Below the pieces are notes generated by a model. That model ran no database searches. It was not told where the DNA came from and saw nothing but the letters and a program-made list of their open reading frames with translations. 64,000 nucleotides of DNA. Origin: Veleropilina oligotropha (lineage: Eukaryota). The stretch is taken from NCBI GenBank assembly GCA_048128005.1, contig JBEUKZ010000078.1, forward strand, positions 186,001 through 250,000. The letters run 5' to 3'. The position numbers and the translations under genes were made by a program. Of the stretch, positions 61,501 to 64,000 are shown piece by piece (within the stretch, counting starts at the first letter, position 1; every line of letters starts with the position of its first letter).

Positions 61501-63624
61501 GGATTGCCTCGGCCAGTTTAGCACCTCTTGAAAATGTTGTACCCATCTCTCTCCTATATGTGACCATAATGTGAGGCATACGTGGATGCATTTGTAGGAA
61601 TCAATCGCCTCCGTAAAATTGACCATGATTAGATCGTCATGTTTAGGATATAAAATATATCTATCTATTTATATGCAAACGGGTACAAACATGCAAATCA
61701 ATACCGGTAATCTCTGGTTACATGGCAACCATCCGATGCTTTGTCATAATCATGTAACATGTTATTAACTTTGTATTACGACCAATTTTGATTTTATTTC
61801 AATGTTTTACCATAGTCGAGACACTCGGATTAATGTCTCACGCCGATCTGATCAACATATAATGCATAATAATTCCATTATTATAAGAGAATGCACCGCC
61901 GGCTGGTTCGAACCCTGACCCACGTGACAACCTTGTGTTAATCACTTATCCATGTTATTACATATTTCAACTTGAACAACTATGAATATTCAATTTGCAA
62001 GTATCAGCTTAATCCATGCCACAATGTGTCCTGGCCTATATCTAATTCCTACGCATTTGCAGATTGATTGATAGGCATATCAGACGACGAAGTCTTGAAT
62101 GGAAGATTAATTTACTGTTTCGCAGAGGGCACTTAAATTGTCATTTATTCTGAGAGGTATAATCAACACTTGCTATTTCGATGTCGACGAAGGTTTAATT
62201 TAATCTGTGCAGGGGGGCAAATGAGATCAAGATTCGTTATTATAGCTAAAATTGATGTCTATTTTATAGCTTCATGCAAGAATATGAGTTATTGGTGTGT
62301 ATGCATTCAGTTTTAACTAATACACCGGTAAATATCAATAAGAATTTAATTTAAGTAAATAATTAATAATTGTAAAGTAATGTTTTATTTCAATTATTCT
62401 GTGCCTTTGGTATTGTGTTTACGTATGTATGCTGGTATTTCGGGTTCTGTGTTGAGATTACTATCACCCGATATTATTCAAGGATTGTTATCTTGGGATT
62501 TAATATATTTATCACCATGGAGTATTATATATCGTTTAAGCATTCGATAAAATATTTGCCTTTTACCGCCGCTGTGTGTACTTAGTGTGATTTGTTCTGT
62601 ATAATTTTGCACAGTTTACAATTCTACATTATCTAAGATTGAGTGCCTGTCGTTTATTTCTGAACTATTTGCTCAGGTTTTGAATAAAAACACTTTAACT
62701 CAATCATTATATCAACATAACGAGTTGGCACTTGTTTGAACAATTTACTAACAATTGTCATCTGACATGACCCATGTTTGATCGAATCATTTTGTTCGAA
62801 AATCGGTCCACGGTGTCGTTAATTAACGTAAACTCTTTAACGGATAACTTTATTTTCGAAATCGATATAACATAAGCGTGTAACAAGCGGGTAAGTATCA
62901 CAAAACATGTGTATAAACACACAAGATAACATATGTATATGTTGCTGATTATCATATGAGTAGGATGGTTTCTTATGAGTTACATTGAAGCGGCATGTCG
63001 ATATTTTTCTGTTCAGAAATACTATATTCAACATGAATACATGCTTAGTTAGACATGAAAGGTAATGACGATGGTTTTAAATAGAAAGAAAGTTAGGCGA
63101 AACAGACGTGTAACAGTAAGTATCGATATAGGTCTAGAGCAGTTATAACAAGTGTGCAATATTCGAAAGGCTGTGATGTCATAATATTATATCTTCTGTA
63201 ATTTCCCAAATGAACATTTAGAGTCCCTTGCATTTATCAACTAGACATGATGTATTTATCTTGAATGATGCCAAATTATAATCGCGTGTTTTAATATGGA
63301 CTGATATTGTATATGAACCCAGCGTCCCAGATACCACTTTATATATGAAATAACAAACAGCCAGCAAAACCTGGCCGTCTTTTTCCTTGCGAAACATGTT
63401 CATAATTTGTCGATTTTTCCTCATCTCTTCTTTCTGACCTTTCATATCCTTTATGATTCATATCCATGTCCTACCATTTTTCATAGTAGAACAATCTAGT
63501 TCTATATACTAAACTCTTAGTTGATCCAATACAATTATACTAAAGTGTAGACATTCATCCAAGCAGACATACATGGAACTACACTGGTTCATTCAGCTGC
63601 CAAGGTTTTCCATTTCTGTTCGGC

Positions 63625-63884
63625 GGCCGCTTCGGCAGCGCAGTGGGTAAGAGTGTCCACTCTAAATTCACTGGCTTGATTCCGCTAATGCGAACAGTAG
63701 TGGGTTCAATACCTGGCTGAGGCATTGACATTTTTCAAGTTGTGAATCACAGTTGTCCGCGACTGGCCGAAGAGGGCGGGTTTACCCGGGTGACCGGGGT
63801 TTCCTCCCGCGGTAACACGGCCATGTCCTGCCTTGAACCTCGATGTTGTAAATATACAGGACATTAAGCATCATTCCTCCCTCT
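63625..63884 (+). mobile_element. Full-length young SINE
   Basis: 11-bp TSD CATTTCTGTTC at 63611-63621 and 63885-63895. Confidence 0.9.
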
Positions 63885-64000
63885 CATTTCTGTTCATTAT
63901 ATACTACGACTCAATGATGCCAATGTCTTCACTTGAAGTGATGTTTCTTGTGCATATATCTTCTATTATTCCTGTCGATTCCCCATGAAAGTTGTCTTTA

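Overview
AT-rich animal genomic DNA, most likely a lophotrochozoan (mollusc-like, judged from the repeat types). It is intron-rich eukaryotic sequence, so most of the supplied ORF track is spurious. Three spliced + strand genes can be reconstructed by hand. (1) The 3' part of a myosin XIX (MYO19) gene: 15 phase-consistent coding exons from 65 to 20279, including one GC-AG intron. (2) A two-exon gene for a ~319-aa low-complexity protein I do not recognise (30399-34850). (3) A long multi-exon gene for an unrecognised protein rich in RPxSA/RIKSA motifs (36550 to at least 55322). Introns and intergenic DNA are full of repeats: a tRNA-headed SINE family with a V-SINE-like core (about 15 copies or remnants), Helentron-associated (HINE-like) elements with satellite cores, TTAA (Kolobok-like), TA (Tc1/pogo-like) and Merlin-like MITEs, a FLYWCH/MULE deletion derivative, two Tc1 relics, Academ-like relics, L2/RTE-type LINE fragments, a small Helitron and minisatellites. 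The most unusual signal is a set of at least 7 short elements that share architecture but not sequence. Each has a 110-150-bp terminal hairpin with strand-specific tandem G.A/A.G mismatches (CGAG opposite CGAG), followed by a short inner inverted repeat that pairs with a TAA-ending terminus. They insert without a visible target-site duplication, and one sits inside another's hairpin. This suggests a mobile system that recognises folded single-stranded DNA. All calls come from manual reading; no database searches were run.
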